This document shows, piece after piece, positions 20,805 to 30,793 of a DNA stretch of 64,000 nt. Source of the stretch: Acidimicrobiales bacterium. GTDB taxonomy: Bacteria > Patescibacteriota > Minisyncoccia > Phycocordibacterales > UBA918. The stretch covers positions 7,768-71,767 of the forward strand of contig JBLIMJ010000001.1 in assembly GCA_047638595.1 (NCBI GenBank), read 5' to 3'. A program made the position numbers and the translations under genes. The number at the start of each line of letters is the position of its first letter. The first letter of the stretch is position 1. Below the pieces are notes generated by a model. It worked only from the letters and a program-made list of their open reading frames with translations, was not told the DNA's origin and ran no database searches.

Positions 20805-23800
20805 CTAGAATACTGGTACTGCTATATAAGTAATAGTGTTGTAATAATCTCCCGATGGCTGTTCATCACCAATTTGGATTTTATATACAATATCATGAGA
20901 TTCGTTCGCGGGGGTAGATCTATACATCACTTCTTGTGGTACGGTTGAAAAAGCTGCGTATGTATCATCAGCGCCAAACCTCACATCTCCTCCCTGAAGG
21001 AGGTCATCACCAACATGATATCCGAAACAGCCTATGGCTGAAGATGGACACCCACCAGAATTCCAACCAGTTGGAGCAGCATTTGTTCCAACAACAGTCG
21101 GGACAGTTGAACCGGATGAATTTGTTAAATCTTGGTCAGTGTACATAAGAATCTGGTATCCTTCAGTAGCATTTGTGTCCACAGTCAACCTCTGTGCTGC
21201 TTCTATCTCAATATCGAAAGGTATCGACCCAAAAAGAATCGACGTTGCTGTCGTTGTTGCATCAGTAGTAATTCCTTCGGTCACTTCACCAGAATCTAAC
21301 CCTGCAAGGGTGAATACGAGACTTGATCCTTCAATTTGAACACTGGGATAGGTTGAGCTTGCTGATGCTGAAACGTCATTTGTTACGTTATAGAGTCTGA
21401 AGTAATACACCGCGTTCACACGTGGATTTTTGGGTTTTAGTGTAAATTCATACTCCATGCTCGATAATAGTGGTTGTGTATGTGTAGAAATGGTCGTTGG
21501 AATTTCATTATGTAAACCACAGCCATTACCGACACCTGCGGTACACGCATCAGCATCACTTAAAACAGCAAAATCAATAACGGCATTGTCATCACCTGCA
21601 CCATCCACATAACACCATGTAGAAGTGGCTGAACACAAGTGCGAAGCAACGACATCATACACTCCAGTACTGAAATCTACATACTCAGAGTATTGCAACT
21701 TGAATTTAACATTTATCCCAGGAGCTCTCTCAACCTCAATTGCAGTCGCGCGTAATTTTATTTCATTTTCTGGTGCAAGATTTACAGGAGTTTCTTCCTC
21801 AGCGCCTAGTGGAGTCAGAGGGGTGGCGTTTGTGGCATCATCGTACCACCGCCACTTTCCAATAACCGGCGTAAACCTTGCAGTTTGTAACGTTGGATAA
21901 TTATTGTAACCATCAAGCAGAGTCCCATCACTTTCAACCATTCGAAAACAATAATCAGAAAATTGTGTCGCCCCATTCTGTTCCACATGCCAATCATATT
22001 CAACGTCTTCTCCAACATCTATTGCATACGGATTAATCGCTGAGTTATTTTGCTCTTGGTATGTACCGGCCACATCAGAAACAGATATGTTTAAGGTCCC
22101 TGCCGCAGGAGTACTGGTAGCAACCTCCGTACCATCAACTACCGCACCATCGTATCCACGCCAGACAGTTCCACTACCAGGTGCTCCTATGTCAGTCCAA
22201 GATGAAATAGCCCCACAGGTGAGCACTCGCAAACCATATTGTAGTTTAAATACGGTTGTACTTTCCGGAAGTGTTGCATTGTTAATGCCTAATGTCATGC
22301 GTACACGAACTCGCTCACCTTCCCCCAGAGGGTCGTCAGTTTCGGTAATTGAGGTATTTTCACCCAAGTCTGAGGCTCCGACAGGCCAAGGATCGGTTGG
22401 ATCAATTGCATCATTATCTACGTAAAATCTATAGTAATTTTGCCGTATAGATGTTTCCGCTGTTGGCCACTCTACTACCTCTACTCTAAATTCCATGTCG
22501 TTATTTGTGTCACTTCGAAAAACTTCATAGCTAGTTGAGGACGCTATTGAAAAACCGGTATGTAACCGTGGATACGTAGTATCTGTACCTGCTGTTGTGT
22601 TGTTTCCAAAAATACTTGCGGTGGAGGTTTTTACTGTGCCTCCAATTGAAACACTGTAAATAGCAGGTTCAGGATCAGCATCAATGAATTCACCATCAGA
22701 TTGATAGGATGTCATCTCGCCAACACCTGTTTGTGTGTTTTCTATAACCCATGCGACCGACACGTGACTGGACGGTGTTTGTGCTGTATCTCGTAGTTCA
22801 AAAGTAACAGCTCCAATACTTGATATAAATACCAAATGACCTCCATCAGAAATAGTATTCAACCCTTCTCCAACCCGTTTTTGAGTATGCGTAAATGCTT
22901 TAGATATTGAATTAATTGCACTCATAGATTCAGTTTCTGCTGCACCAGAACTTGTATAAGTATGCTCTATTCTTTGTGTGCTCCAGTTTAAACCAGTGAA
23001 CTCAACAACAGCATATCCCAGATCAGCGCTTGAATCAGCGTCATCACGCTCAAATGTAGGCTGATTAGCAACGTCATCCCACTCGGCTGTAAAGAGACCA
23101 TCGTTATAATTCGTTGTATTTGGATCTTGATTTTGCTGTCCGGTAATAAAGACCACTACGTCAGAGTCGTCAGACACGTCAGTAACAACAGACCCTGAAT
23201 CAGTAAATTCTGTTGAGACAAGTGACACCTCACCAACTCCTCTTACTATCATTTCGTTATCAGTCCCAGGTAAACCAATGAACTCAACTATTTCCCAACT
23301 CACTTGTGTATTTGAAGTAGCAGAAGAAGGACGTGAGATAATGAAAGATGACGTGATATCACTTTGGTCAGAAATATAGGCAGTTACATCGTCTGCATTT
23401 TGGCCATTAGTACCCACATTGTTTCCTGCACCGGTTAAGTGTGCATTTGTAATACGGACAAAAGCGCTTGATGTAGCAGAAGGAGCTTCATAATCAACTC
23501 CTGCAGTAAGTGTTGTACTGGTCCCAGAGACTGTTTCTGTTCCTCTTTGAATATAAAAATCTTTTCGTTCTATAGTAGTAAGCTCTGCATAATTGTCGTA
23601 TACAGGCAGTGGGTCTCCTGACGAAGTAACCCTAAAGCAGTAATCTGTATCGTAATCTGCTTCAACATTTGTTTGGATTGAATACTCTAATTCAGTATAT
23701 TGGTTATTAAAAAGTATGATCGCTCCAGACGTGGCAGTTAACTCTCTTAATGCGCCCGTTCCAAGTAATGTGAAATTTTCCTCTGTCATTGCCCCATTTG

Positions 23801-25016
23801 CTGCGTTGTCTATATCTGTAGTATTACCATCGGATATATGTGAGCTTGTTGACATATCAAATGCACCGCCAGTTTCTCCAACGTTTATCCATGGACTTAC
23901 AAGATCACAGCTAACTGATTTAGCTCCGTATTCAAGAATATATTCAGTTGATGTTGAAGTCATACCACCTTTATTGGAAACCTGTAGACGCAAACGGTTG
24001 CTTGACTCAAGCTTAACATCTATAACAGCTGTATCTTCAGATCCGCCTGTTGCAGACGTTGCCCCTGTATCAGTTTCATCTCCATCATCATTTCTCCAGT
24101 GATAATGTGTTTGTGCGAGTTGTTCTGGGTCATTAGAAAAATCACTGGTATCGGTTGATACAGTCCCGTCACTAAATGCTCTACCGACATACGTTGACCC
24201 AGCCCCTACAGATATAGCACCAGTAGACACTACAACTCCAACAAAACGAGTACCTGCTCCTTGAGAAGGGGCACCATTTATTGCCCAAAAAATGTTTTTA
24301 GCGAGTGGGCCATTCGCTCCATTCTCAACACCATCTTCATTCTGAAGAACCATCTTAGCCTGAGCCGCTTGAGTCTTAGCTCCATTTATCTGAAAGATCC
24401 AGATATCAGTAGAACTACCTCGTAATATTAGGCCTGTAGCCATTGAAGTTGCACCAGTATAATTATATATACCACGACCTTTAACACCAGCAGCGCTGAT
24501 ATTGATAGCTGCCGCAGTTTCATCATATGGATGAGTGGTTTGATTGAGGGCATCTAAATAGGCCGCACCGGAGTCAATATTGGCAGCACTTAATTTAGCA
24601 TTATCAGCCGTGACAGTACCGGGCGTGGTAATACAGCCAACTGGAGTAGCAGGTGCAGTAATAGTATACATTCTTCCCGTTGTCATATTGGGACAGGTTA
24701 CAAGAGTGAGCCCTGCTGCGCCAGTTGGACTCACACCAATATTTCCTCCGAATGTAGAGAGGTTATCACCGGTAATCGCCGTCTTACCAATTGCAATAAA
24801 ATCAGCCGCTGATCCAATATCTATAGGAGCTGGGTTGTCCCATGGACCATAGGCAGACACATTTTGTGGAAAAAGGGAAAAAGCAAAAAAGAAAATAGCG
24901 AGTGTCACTGTCAGCAAGAAAATTTGTACAGGGGTACGGTAAAATGCGCTTGTGGATTTTACCTTCCCACTCTCTCTTTCCCCCGCTGGATTTTGATTAA
25001 AATTTGCTTGATGCAT
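20805..25016 (-). CDS. Large secreted adhesin: DUF3494 ice-binding-like domain, repeated beta modules, C-terminal WxL/pilin-like domain
   Basis: Signal/TM region; IDIGSAADF...GNIGVSP...AYLDA...IWIFQI...NIFWAING...VGRAF (DUF3494 pattern); three Y/W-R-W...YCFR modules; ends QPSGDYYNTITYIAVPVF. The start may be 25016 (ATG) or 25049. Confidence 0.75.
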   Translation of the reverse strand: MHQANFNQNPAGERESGKVKSTSAFYRTPVQIFLLTVTLAIFFFAFSLFPQNVSAYGPWDNPAPIDIGSAADFIAIGKTAITGDNLSTFGGNIGVSPTGAAGLTLVTCPNMTTGRMYTITAPATPVGCITTPGTVTADNAKLSAANIDSGAAYLDALNQTTHPYDETAAAINISAAGVKGRGIYNYTGATSMATGLILRGSSTDIWIFQINGAKTQAAQAKMVLQNEDGVENGANGPLAKNIFWAINGAPSQGAGTRFVGVVVSTGAISVGAGSTYVGRAFSDGTVSTDTSDFSNDPEQLAQTHYHWRNDDGDETDTGATSATGGSEDTAVIDVKLESSNRLRLQVSNKGGMTSTSTEYILEYGAKSVSCDLVSPWINVGETGGAFDMSTSSHISDGNTTDIDNAANGAMTEENFTLLGTGALRELTATSGAIILFNNQYTELEYSIQTNVEADYDTDYCFRVTSSGDPLPVYDNYAELTTIERKDFYIQRGTETVSGTSTTLTAGVDYEAPSATSSAFVRITNAHLTGAGNNVGTNGQNADDVTAYISDQSDITSSFIISRPSSATSNTQVSWEIVEFIGLPGTDNEMIVRGVGEVSLVSTEFTDSGSVVTDVSDDSDVVVFITGQQNQDPNTTNYNDGLFTAEWDDVANQPTFERDDADSSADLGYAVVEFTGLNWSTQRIEHTYTSSGAAETESMSAINSISKAFTHTQKRVGEGLNTISDGGHLVFISSIGAVTFELRDTAQTPSSHVSVAWVIENTQTGVGEMTSYQSDGEFIDADPEPAIYSVSIGGTVKTSTASIFGNNTTAGTDTTYPRLHTGFSIASSTSYEVFRSDTNNDMEFRVEVVEWPTAETSIRQNYYRFYVDNDAIDPTDPWPVGASDLGENTSITETDDPLGEGERVRVRMTLGINNATLPESTTVFKLQYGLRVLTCGAISSWTDIGAPGSGTVWRGYDGAVVDGTEVATSTPAAGTLNISVSDVAGTYQEQNNSAINPYAIDVGEDVEYDWHVEQNGATQFSDYCFRMVESDGTLLDGYNNYPTLQTARFTPVIGKWRWYDDATNATPLTPLGAEEETPVNLAPENEIKLRATAIEVERAPGINVKFKLQYSEYVDFSTGVYDVVASHLCSATSTWCYVDGAGDDNAVIDFAVLSDADACTAGVGNGCGLHNEIPTTISTHTQPLLSSMEYEFTLKPKNPRVNAVYYFRLYNVTNDVSASASSTYPSVQIEGSSLVFTLAGLDSGEVTEGITTDATTTATSILFGSIPFDIEIEAAQRLTVDTNATEGYQILMYTDQDLTNSSGSTVPTVVGTNAAPTGWNSGGCPSSAIGCFGYHVGDDLLQGGDVRFGADDTYAAFSTVPQEVMYRSTPANESHDIVYKIQIGDEQPSGDYYNTITYIAVPVF

Positions 25017-25326
25017 AATCTTGTTAGTATTATAGCGCTTTTTCCGCAAATAATATTTAAAGTACCCTTATCAAGACTAAGTCTCATTTGATAGTCCAGA
25101 CGGTCAGTAGAAGCTACTACATCATCATGAACCGTAACAACTCCTAAACCGTCAATAGTGGTTTCATTAATTACAGCACCTAAGTGAGGTGAATGGTAAC
25201 AGTGGGTAAGAATGGAAGATTTATGATTGACTGTAGGTCTGAAAATACTAAAACGACTGTTTTTGTATAAGTAAAAAGCATCGGTTTTTAAACCTCCATG
25301 TGTTCATGTCGGTCAGCATATACATT

Positions 25327-27393
25327 TTAACCCACTTCATTTGTAGTTGTTCCCATAAAAGGTGGTATAACTACGTCATTTATGTGTGATACATCTTCCT
25401 CTGGTTTTACTAATACTTCGGCAGTGAGTGCTGCTTCCACAGCATCCAGTGTCGACGTGGCTGCCATATCAAGTGGAGCAATGACCAAATCACCCGAAAG
25501 TAGATCGGAAGTCGTAGCTGTAGTTGGATTTGTCGACGTTCCAGCACTAGATGGAACTGTCTGGACATCTTCAGTCTCACCATCACGCGTGGATGGTTTA
25601 GCTTGAATAAGTGCCCGTGTCTCACCTGTCTGGTCAGGCTCAGGAACCTTTTCTGGCATTTCTGCAGGAAGACTTCCCAGAGCAAAAGACGATCCGGAAC
25701 CAAAATCATATCCAAGAGTGCGCACGTCCCCCACCTTATCAGTACTATCATATACAAGAACAAAACGAGGATTTGCCACACCTGAGCCATCGCTGTCAGC
25801 AATGTAGCTCACTTTCTGTGTTTTCTGGTCAAAAAGTGACACTTTCCAACCTTCAGCAAACTGCGTTTGCCACATGATGTATCCATCTCGCATCTGTGGT
25901 GTGATGTCATTCATATCATTATCAGTCAGTTGCATCACTTCTCCATTGTCCGAAAGCATTATCTCCCAATTGTCACCAATCCATGCCTGCCACATAACAA
26001 TATCTCCATACGCAACAGGTTCTGTGTTGTTGTATGTAGCATCAGTCAAATACTCAACTGAACCATCATCCACTGTGTATTGTGCAATCTGGAAACGGTC
26101 ATTTAGCATACTATGCCACACAATAGTATCTGAGATACCATCGTACTGTGGTGCGGCATCATCAACAGTATTATGTGTAATCTGAGTTGTTTTACCTCCA
26201 ATAGTGACAAATATCTCAGTATCACCGTCACTGTCAGGTGCCGAAAATACCCTGTCTTCTATATACTCTGGTGCGGTCTCAGCCTCTGAACAATAGAACG
26301 ACCCATCACCGACAGCAACACACTCCTTGTCTGAAAACTGATGTCTGTTATCGTTGCTGATTACTGTAGCTACCTCACTTACGACAGGAACTACCTTTGT
26401 GGTTGTTGATGCAACAGTTTCTTGTACTGTGGTAGCCTCAGCTGTATCCACCTCCGCAATTTCTTCGGTTGTAGATGAATCTTCTGATGATTCTCCGTCC
26501 GTCTCTGTTTCTTCTGTTTCTGTAGCGTATTCTGTCTCGCTAGTTTCTTCTGATGTAGACTCAGCAGCAGTTTCATTAGCACTTCCAGATGTGTTAGTGT
26601 CTTCAGAATTTTCCTCAGCCTGATCATTGTCAGCAACTGTTCCTTGCGTTGTAGAAGTGCCTGCAACTTCACCTACAGACCCTTCAACAGTATTACTCGA
26701 ACCTGAAAGGAGTACACTTAACTCCTCCAAATCTGTATCGTCAGCAATTTCAAGTTCAGGAGAACCGGATTCTTCAACATCATCCTCTACGGGGTCCTCA
26801 GGCCCTTCTTCAGAGTCTTCCTCTGAAGAACCTGATCCGCCTGAAATAGATTCATCTAAGGTTTCTGGCCATTCATCACCTTGTACTAAAATAGCATCTT
26901 CACCAACTGACTCTTCCATATCTTCATTTGCTTCTTCATTACTGTCTGAAAAAATGTCTACAGGCTCTTCAATATTACTTTCTGAAGGTTCATCTAAAAT
27001 TAGGTCAACCTCCTCCATTTCACCTTCTGATTCTTGTTGAGTTTCAACAACAGATTCTTTCACATCTTCAGCAACCTCTTCTCCTGGCTCTTCTTCTAGA
27101 TCTGGTGCTAACTCCGGTTCTGGTTCTGGCTCTTCTTCTAGCTCTGGTGCTAACTCCGGTTCTGGTTCTGGTGCTAACTCCGGTTCTGGTTCTGGTTCTG
27201 GTTCTAAAGCAACTTCTTCAACAGTGTCAGCCTCTATAGCAACATCCTCTGCTGCAAGCGCAGGAACTACAGGATGAAGTACAAAAAATATGAAGAGGAA
27301 CGCAACTACATACCGTACAGCAACTACATCAAATATCACGTTATATAACGTAGATTTCTGGACTCTATTTTGCTGTACGCCTGAACAACTCAT
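25327..27393 (-). CDS. Acidic low-complexity surface protein with C-terminal beta-propeller-like repeats
   Basis: Signal peptide, long E/P/S/T-rich stalk, QITHN..DD..P / IVW / QLTDN repeats like TolB-type blades. Confidence 0.65.
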   Translation of the reverse strand: MSCSGVQQNRVQKSTLYNVIFDVVAVRYVVAFLFIFFVLHPVVPALAAEDVAIEADTVEEVALEPEPEPEPELAPEPEPELAPELEEEPEPEPELAPDLEEEPGEEVAEDVKESVVETQQESEGEMEEVDLILDEPSESNIEEPVDIFSDSNEEANEDMEESVGEDAILVQGDEWPETLDESISGGSGSSEEDSEEGPEDPVEDDVEESGSPELEIADDTDLEELSVLLSGSSNTVEGSVGEVAGTSTTQGTVADNDQAEENSEDTNTSGSANETAAESTSEETSETEYATETEETETDGESSEDSSTTEEIAEVDTAEATTVQETVASTTTKVVPVVSEVATVISNDNRHQFSDKECVAVGDGSFYCSEAETAPEYIEDRVFSAPDSDGDTEIFVTIGGKTTQITHNTVDDAAPQYDGISDTIVWHSMLNDRFQIAQYTVDDGSVEYLTDATYNNTEPVAYGDIVMWQAWIGDNWEIMLSDNGEVMQLTDNDMNDITPQMRDGYIMWQTQFAEGWKVSLFDQKTQKVSYIADSDGSGVANPRFVLVYDSTDKVGDVRTLGYDFGSGSSFALGSLPAEMPEKVPEPDQTGETRALIQAKPSTRDGETEDVQTVPSSAGTSTNPTTATTSDLLSGDLVIAPLDMAATSTLDAVEAALTAEVLVKPEEDVSHINDVVIPPFMGTTTNEVG
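27085..27205. repeat. Intragenic tandem repeats encoding (EP)n-ELAP units
   Basis: Repeated ggtgctaactccggttctggttct and tctggt units. Confidence 0.85.
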
Positions 27394-27400
27394 GTGTAGT

Positions 27401-27808
27401 TTATATAGAAGACATTGTGATTACTTCTTCAGCTAGCTGAACATCAGCCGATTCGGACATGTACAAACTACTGATTCCAGCATCTATTGAGACATACAAA
27501 ACATACTGCATAAACAATAGAGCGACTGCACATAAGGCGATTAGTCCGTACAGAACGTACGAAGACATTTGCTGTAACACAGCAAAATCAGCAGGTGTAT
27601 CATTATCAACTGTTCTTCCTTTATCTTTCATGTATGCAGCAACCTCATCTTCAGTGGTTACCCACGCTACATTGTTATAGACTTGTTCTCCTTTAATTTT
27701 TCCTCCACGAATAAGCTGACCAACATAGTCAGGCGTATAATTCGCAATTTTGGCTGCTTCTTTAAGGGTAATATACCCTTTTTCTTCGGCTCTACGTTGA
27801 TCGAGCAT
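27401..27808 (-). CDS. Excisionase/MerR-like HTH protein with C-terminal TM
   Basis: YITLKEAAKIANYTPDYVGQLIRGGKIKG...W, then a hydrophobic helix. Confidence 0.75.
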   Translation of the reverse strand: MLDQRRAEEKGYITLKEAAKIANYTPDYVGQLIRGGKIKGEQVYNNVAWVTTEDEVAAYMKDKGRTVDNDTPADFAVLQQMSSYVLYGLIALCAVALLFMQYVLYVSIDAGISSLYMSESADVQLAEEVITMSSI

Positions 27809-27978
27809 ATCTATAAATAGTGTTAATTTACAACATATCTCGACTCCCGAGGTTCAGCCCTCGATAGCCGAGAACGTCCCCATCACACTCCTATATTGTA
27901 CCTCTCACAGAAAAATGGTTTTAGGAGTTATACACAGGCTCATTGATCTATAAAACTAAATATTCGGAAGTAAAAACT

Positions 27979-28039
27979 AACCTACAGTTTCACACTACAG
28001 GGGACATCCGATGTCTCCTGTAGTGTGAAACTGTAGGTT
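27979..28039. repeat. 61-bp palindrome with REP-like core
   Basis: 30-bp arms with one G-T mismatch: aacctacagtttcacactacaggggacatc c gatgtctcctgtagtgtgaaactgtaggtt. Confidence 0.9.
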
Positions 28040-28122
28040 CACGATACATTCTCGTATTACCCCTTGATACAGCCTGGAGCGTATTAATGTCCTCCTCTAT
28101 GCTTTGTATGATGCAGTTATAT

Positions 28123-28159
28123 ATACAAAAACAAGGACCAGGAGTCCTTGTTTTTGTAT
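28123..28159 (-). terminator. Terminator of the pilus operon
   Basis: atacaaaaacaaggac...gtccttgtttttgtat just after the last pilin stop. Confidence 0.75.
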
Positions 28160-28173
28160 GTCATTTGTTAGCA

Positions 28174-28632
28174 TTACTTTGTCACACTAATCAATTCACC
28201 GTTGTAAGTAGTTTGAGCACATACTGATACCCTTCCTGATGAACTCTGCATAACTGCATACCCTGTATAGGTGGCACTTGAGGCTGTTGGGTCAAGTGGT
28301 AAATCATTAAGGTACACTCTGCCAGAGACAAGTGGGTCTAATGAGGTTCCGGCACAAATTGTATCTACAAGACAAATATCTTCCCCATCATCTAGACAGG
28401 TAGTACCTACTGCAATACCACTCGGCAAAGCTCCACTATTATCGAGCGAATACTGAATGATGCCGTCAAGGATTGCACGTACATCACTCTGTCGCTGCAC
28501 ATTCTGTGCTTCCCCAAATTGTTTTGCAGGGTTGATAGCTACAATCACAATTGCAGCAAGTATTGCCATAATGGCAATTACTAATAGGATTTCAATGAGC
28601 GTAAATCCTGACTCTTTTTTACAAATATTCAT
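28174..28632 (-). CDS. Type IV pilin
   Basis: SG|FTLIEILLVIAIMAILA prepilin motif; AINP, RQSDV, PLDP. Confidence 0.92.
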   Translation of the reverse strand: MNICKKESGFTLIEILLVIAIMAILAAIVIVAINPAKQFGEAQNVQRQSDVRAILDGIIQYSLDNSGALPSGIAVGTTCLDDGEDICLVDTICAGTSLDPLVSGRVYLNDLPLDPTASSATYTGYAVMQSSSGRVSVCAQTTYNGELISVTK

Positions 28633-28711
28633 TGTGCATGTTGTTTAATATACTTCAGTATACCAATACTTAAAAGTAATCTATTGTTCTTATACACACC
28701 ATGTATGTGCA

Positions 28712-29179
28712 TTATTGTGTAATAATTATTATTTTATTCTCTGAGCTTGATGCGTTTATCAGAAGCCGGCCATTGGCGGTGAGGTTTACAAAATAACCAG
28801 TTCCATTTGAAGTACATGTACTTGCACACAATGGATCAACTGGTGCACTTACAAGATACGCTTCCCCATCAGTCAACACAGACAAATCAATCACACTTGT
28901 GCAATTCAGGGCGTCGGTTGCACAAATTTCAGTTTCCACAGTTGTGATGGAGGATGGAAATGAACCTTCATTATCTGCTGCGTACTGGTAGATTGCTGAC
29001 ACAATACTAAACACATCAGACTCACGTTGCGCATCACGACTATCTGCAAGTTGTTTTGGTGGATTGATAGCAAAAATAACAATCGACGTAAGAATCGCCA
29101 TTAGAGAAATTACTAATAGGATTTCAATGAGTGTAAATCCTTTTTCCTTTTTCATGTATGTATGCAGAGTTCTGTGCAT
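28712..29179 (-). CDS. Type IV pilin
   Basis: KG|FTLIEILLVISLMAIL; start likely 29179 or 29155 rather than 29281. Confidence 0.92.
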   Translation of the reverse strand: MHRTLHTYMKKEKGFTLIEILLVISLMAILTSIVIFAINPPKQLADSRDAQRESDVFSIVSAIYQYAADNEGSFPSSITTVETEICATDALNCTSVIDLSVLTDGEAYLVSAPVDPLCASTCTSNGTGYFVNLTANGRLLINASSSENKIIIITQ

Positions 29180-29180
29180 A

Positions 29181-30389
29181 CTAGATAAGATATAAAGATA
29201 ATACATACCCCAAAACAACAAGGGTGACGACCAGAAAAGCAACAGTACCAAGCAGGGCAGTTTGGTCATGTTTAGAAGCATAGGTTTTTTTCAAAAAAGC
29301 TAAAGCGCCCTGTATGGTCTTCTTTAGATCAAATGTCATAAATGTGGGAGCTAGGGTGAGTCGTCCCTTATTTTCAGCAGCTTCATCTGCTGGAAGTAAA
29401 TTAATATGTGGCATGGTGCGATCCACTCCATACAAAGCCAAGCCTATAGTGTTCGCAAAAGATACTGGGGAGGTAACGTCTACAAAAATATCAGTATTAC
29501 GTATACGGCTATATGGATTAGCTATCGAAACTTCGACTTCAAGAGTGGCACCTATGCGAGCAACAAAGTCTTTTGTGTCTTGTAGCTGCCCAGTTATTAG
29601 AACCTTAGTGATTGTTTCCCCTGTATGTTCCAGAAAATCTTCCATAACATGTGAAATATCAGCAACAATGGAATTAATCGCCTCTTCTTTCCCCAAGGAA
29701 TCAGTACCACCAGCAGACTTCGAGGTCTTTTCATGTTCAATATCATGCTTTGAAACAAAATTTTGTAGCGCAACATATGGCGCCGCATTTTCATCAAAGG
29801 CACCTATGGTCGTGCGTCGATGACCAACATCAATAATTATATAATTATCAGATCCAAAGGATTCTGGCAACACTGCACGAGCCACTGAGAAAAAATTACT
29901 TCCTATAAAATCAATTTTTAATGCAACTTTATCAAGACAAGTAAGGTATTGGTCAACCACAGCCCTTTGTGCACCCACAAACGTCCCATATTGTGCATCA
30001 CGTATCTTTGATACGGTGAACGATGTATACAGCTCTGACAACTCAAACGGGATAACCTTAGCGGCTTCTTGAGTTATATATTGCCCATACTCCTTCTCTG
30101 ATACTTCTGATGGGATACGCACAGTATGTGACCATACTTTATCCTCAGGCAATGAGACAATAGCATGTGGTTTAATAAAATAACCCTGTACAGAAACAGG
30201 CTTTATATGGTCTAAGATATATGTACATTTTTCCACAAATAGCTCATGGTCAGTAATCAAGCCATCTGTCACTATTCCTGCAGGTAGAGAAAAATCCCCG
30301 TACGTGACGGCAGCTTTATTTTCATCTATCTGTACCACCTTGATAGCAACATCACTAATATCAAGACCAATTACATTCTTATATATCAT
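29181..30389 (-). CDS. pilM: PilM-like actin-fold pilus assembly protein with C-terminal TM
   Basis: IGLDISDVAIKVV, IIDVGHRRTTI, VLITG, IGLAL...INLLP. Confidence 0.85.
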   Translation of the reverse strand: MIYKNVIGLDISDVAIKVVQIDENKAAVTYGDFSLPAGIVTDGLITDHELFVEKCTYILDHIKPVSVQGYFIKPHAIVSLPEDKVWSHTVRIPSEVSEKEYGQYITQEAAKVIPFELSELYTSFTVSKIRDAQYGTFVGAQRAVVDQYLTCLDKVALKIDFIGSNFFSVARAVLPESFGSDNYIIIDVGHRRTTIGAFDENAAPYVALQNFVSKHDIEHEKTSKSAGGTDSLGKEEAINSIVADISHVMEDFLEHTGETITKVLITGQLQDTKDFVARIGATLEVEVSIANPYSRIRNTDIFVDVTSPVSFANTIGLALYGVDRTMPHINLLPADEAAENKGRLTLAPTFMTFDLKKTIQGALAFLKKTYASKHDQTALLGTVAFLVVTLVVLGYVLSLYLI

Positions 30390-30397
30390 ACGTTATA

Positions 30398-30793
30398 TTA
30401 AAAAGTTACTACTGACTGATAACTGCTCACTACTACCTCAGGATATATCTCCGCTACCTCTACTATAACGCGATAGACATAACTGTTAACATCACCTTGT
30501 GTGCGTATCGTACGGGTACCATCCACCTCTTCTGCAATTAAAAATATGTCACACTGACCTGAGTCAAATGTAAGTGTTTCATCTCCTAAATAATGAAGCT
30601 CCGTAGAGAGCTGAGCTAATGCATGTGCAGCGCATGCATGAGCAAGCGATACTGCCCGTTCATGGTCCTGTGATGCAATACCTCTCACCGATGCGCCAAG
30701 AGAACGTGAGGTAGCACCCACTGCAAGCGACAAAAACAAGGTACTTAATACCAATACTGAAGTAATTGCTATAAATCCTTGTTGTTTTTTCAT
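30398..30793 (-). CDS. Minor pilin, PilX/GspK-like
   Basis: QG|FIAITSVLVL (no E5), A..LA.AC...AL pattern. Confidence 0.75.
   Translation of the reverse strand: MKKQQGFIAITSVLVLSTLFLSLAVGATSRSLGASVRGIASQDHERAVSLAHACAAHALAQLSTELHYLGDETLTFDSGQCDIFLIAEEVDGTRTIRTQGDVNSYVYRVIVEVAEIYPEVVVSSYQSVVTF

Noticed and set aside
25050-25310. Start-less open frame or riboswitch upstream of the adhesin
   Set aside because: No start codon at the front of the frame, no recognisable protein, and no c-di-GMP or other riboswitch consensus.
27927-27937. DnaA box / replication origin
   Set aside because: Isolated TTATACACA matches with no cluster and no dnaA nearby.
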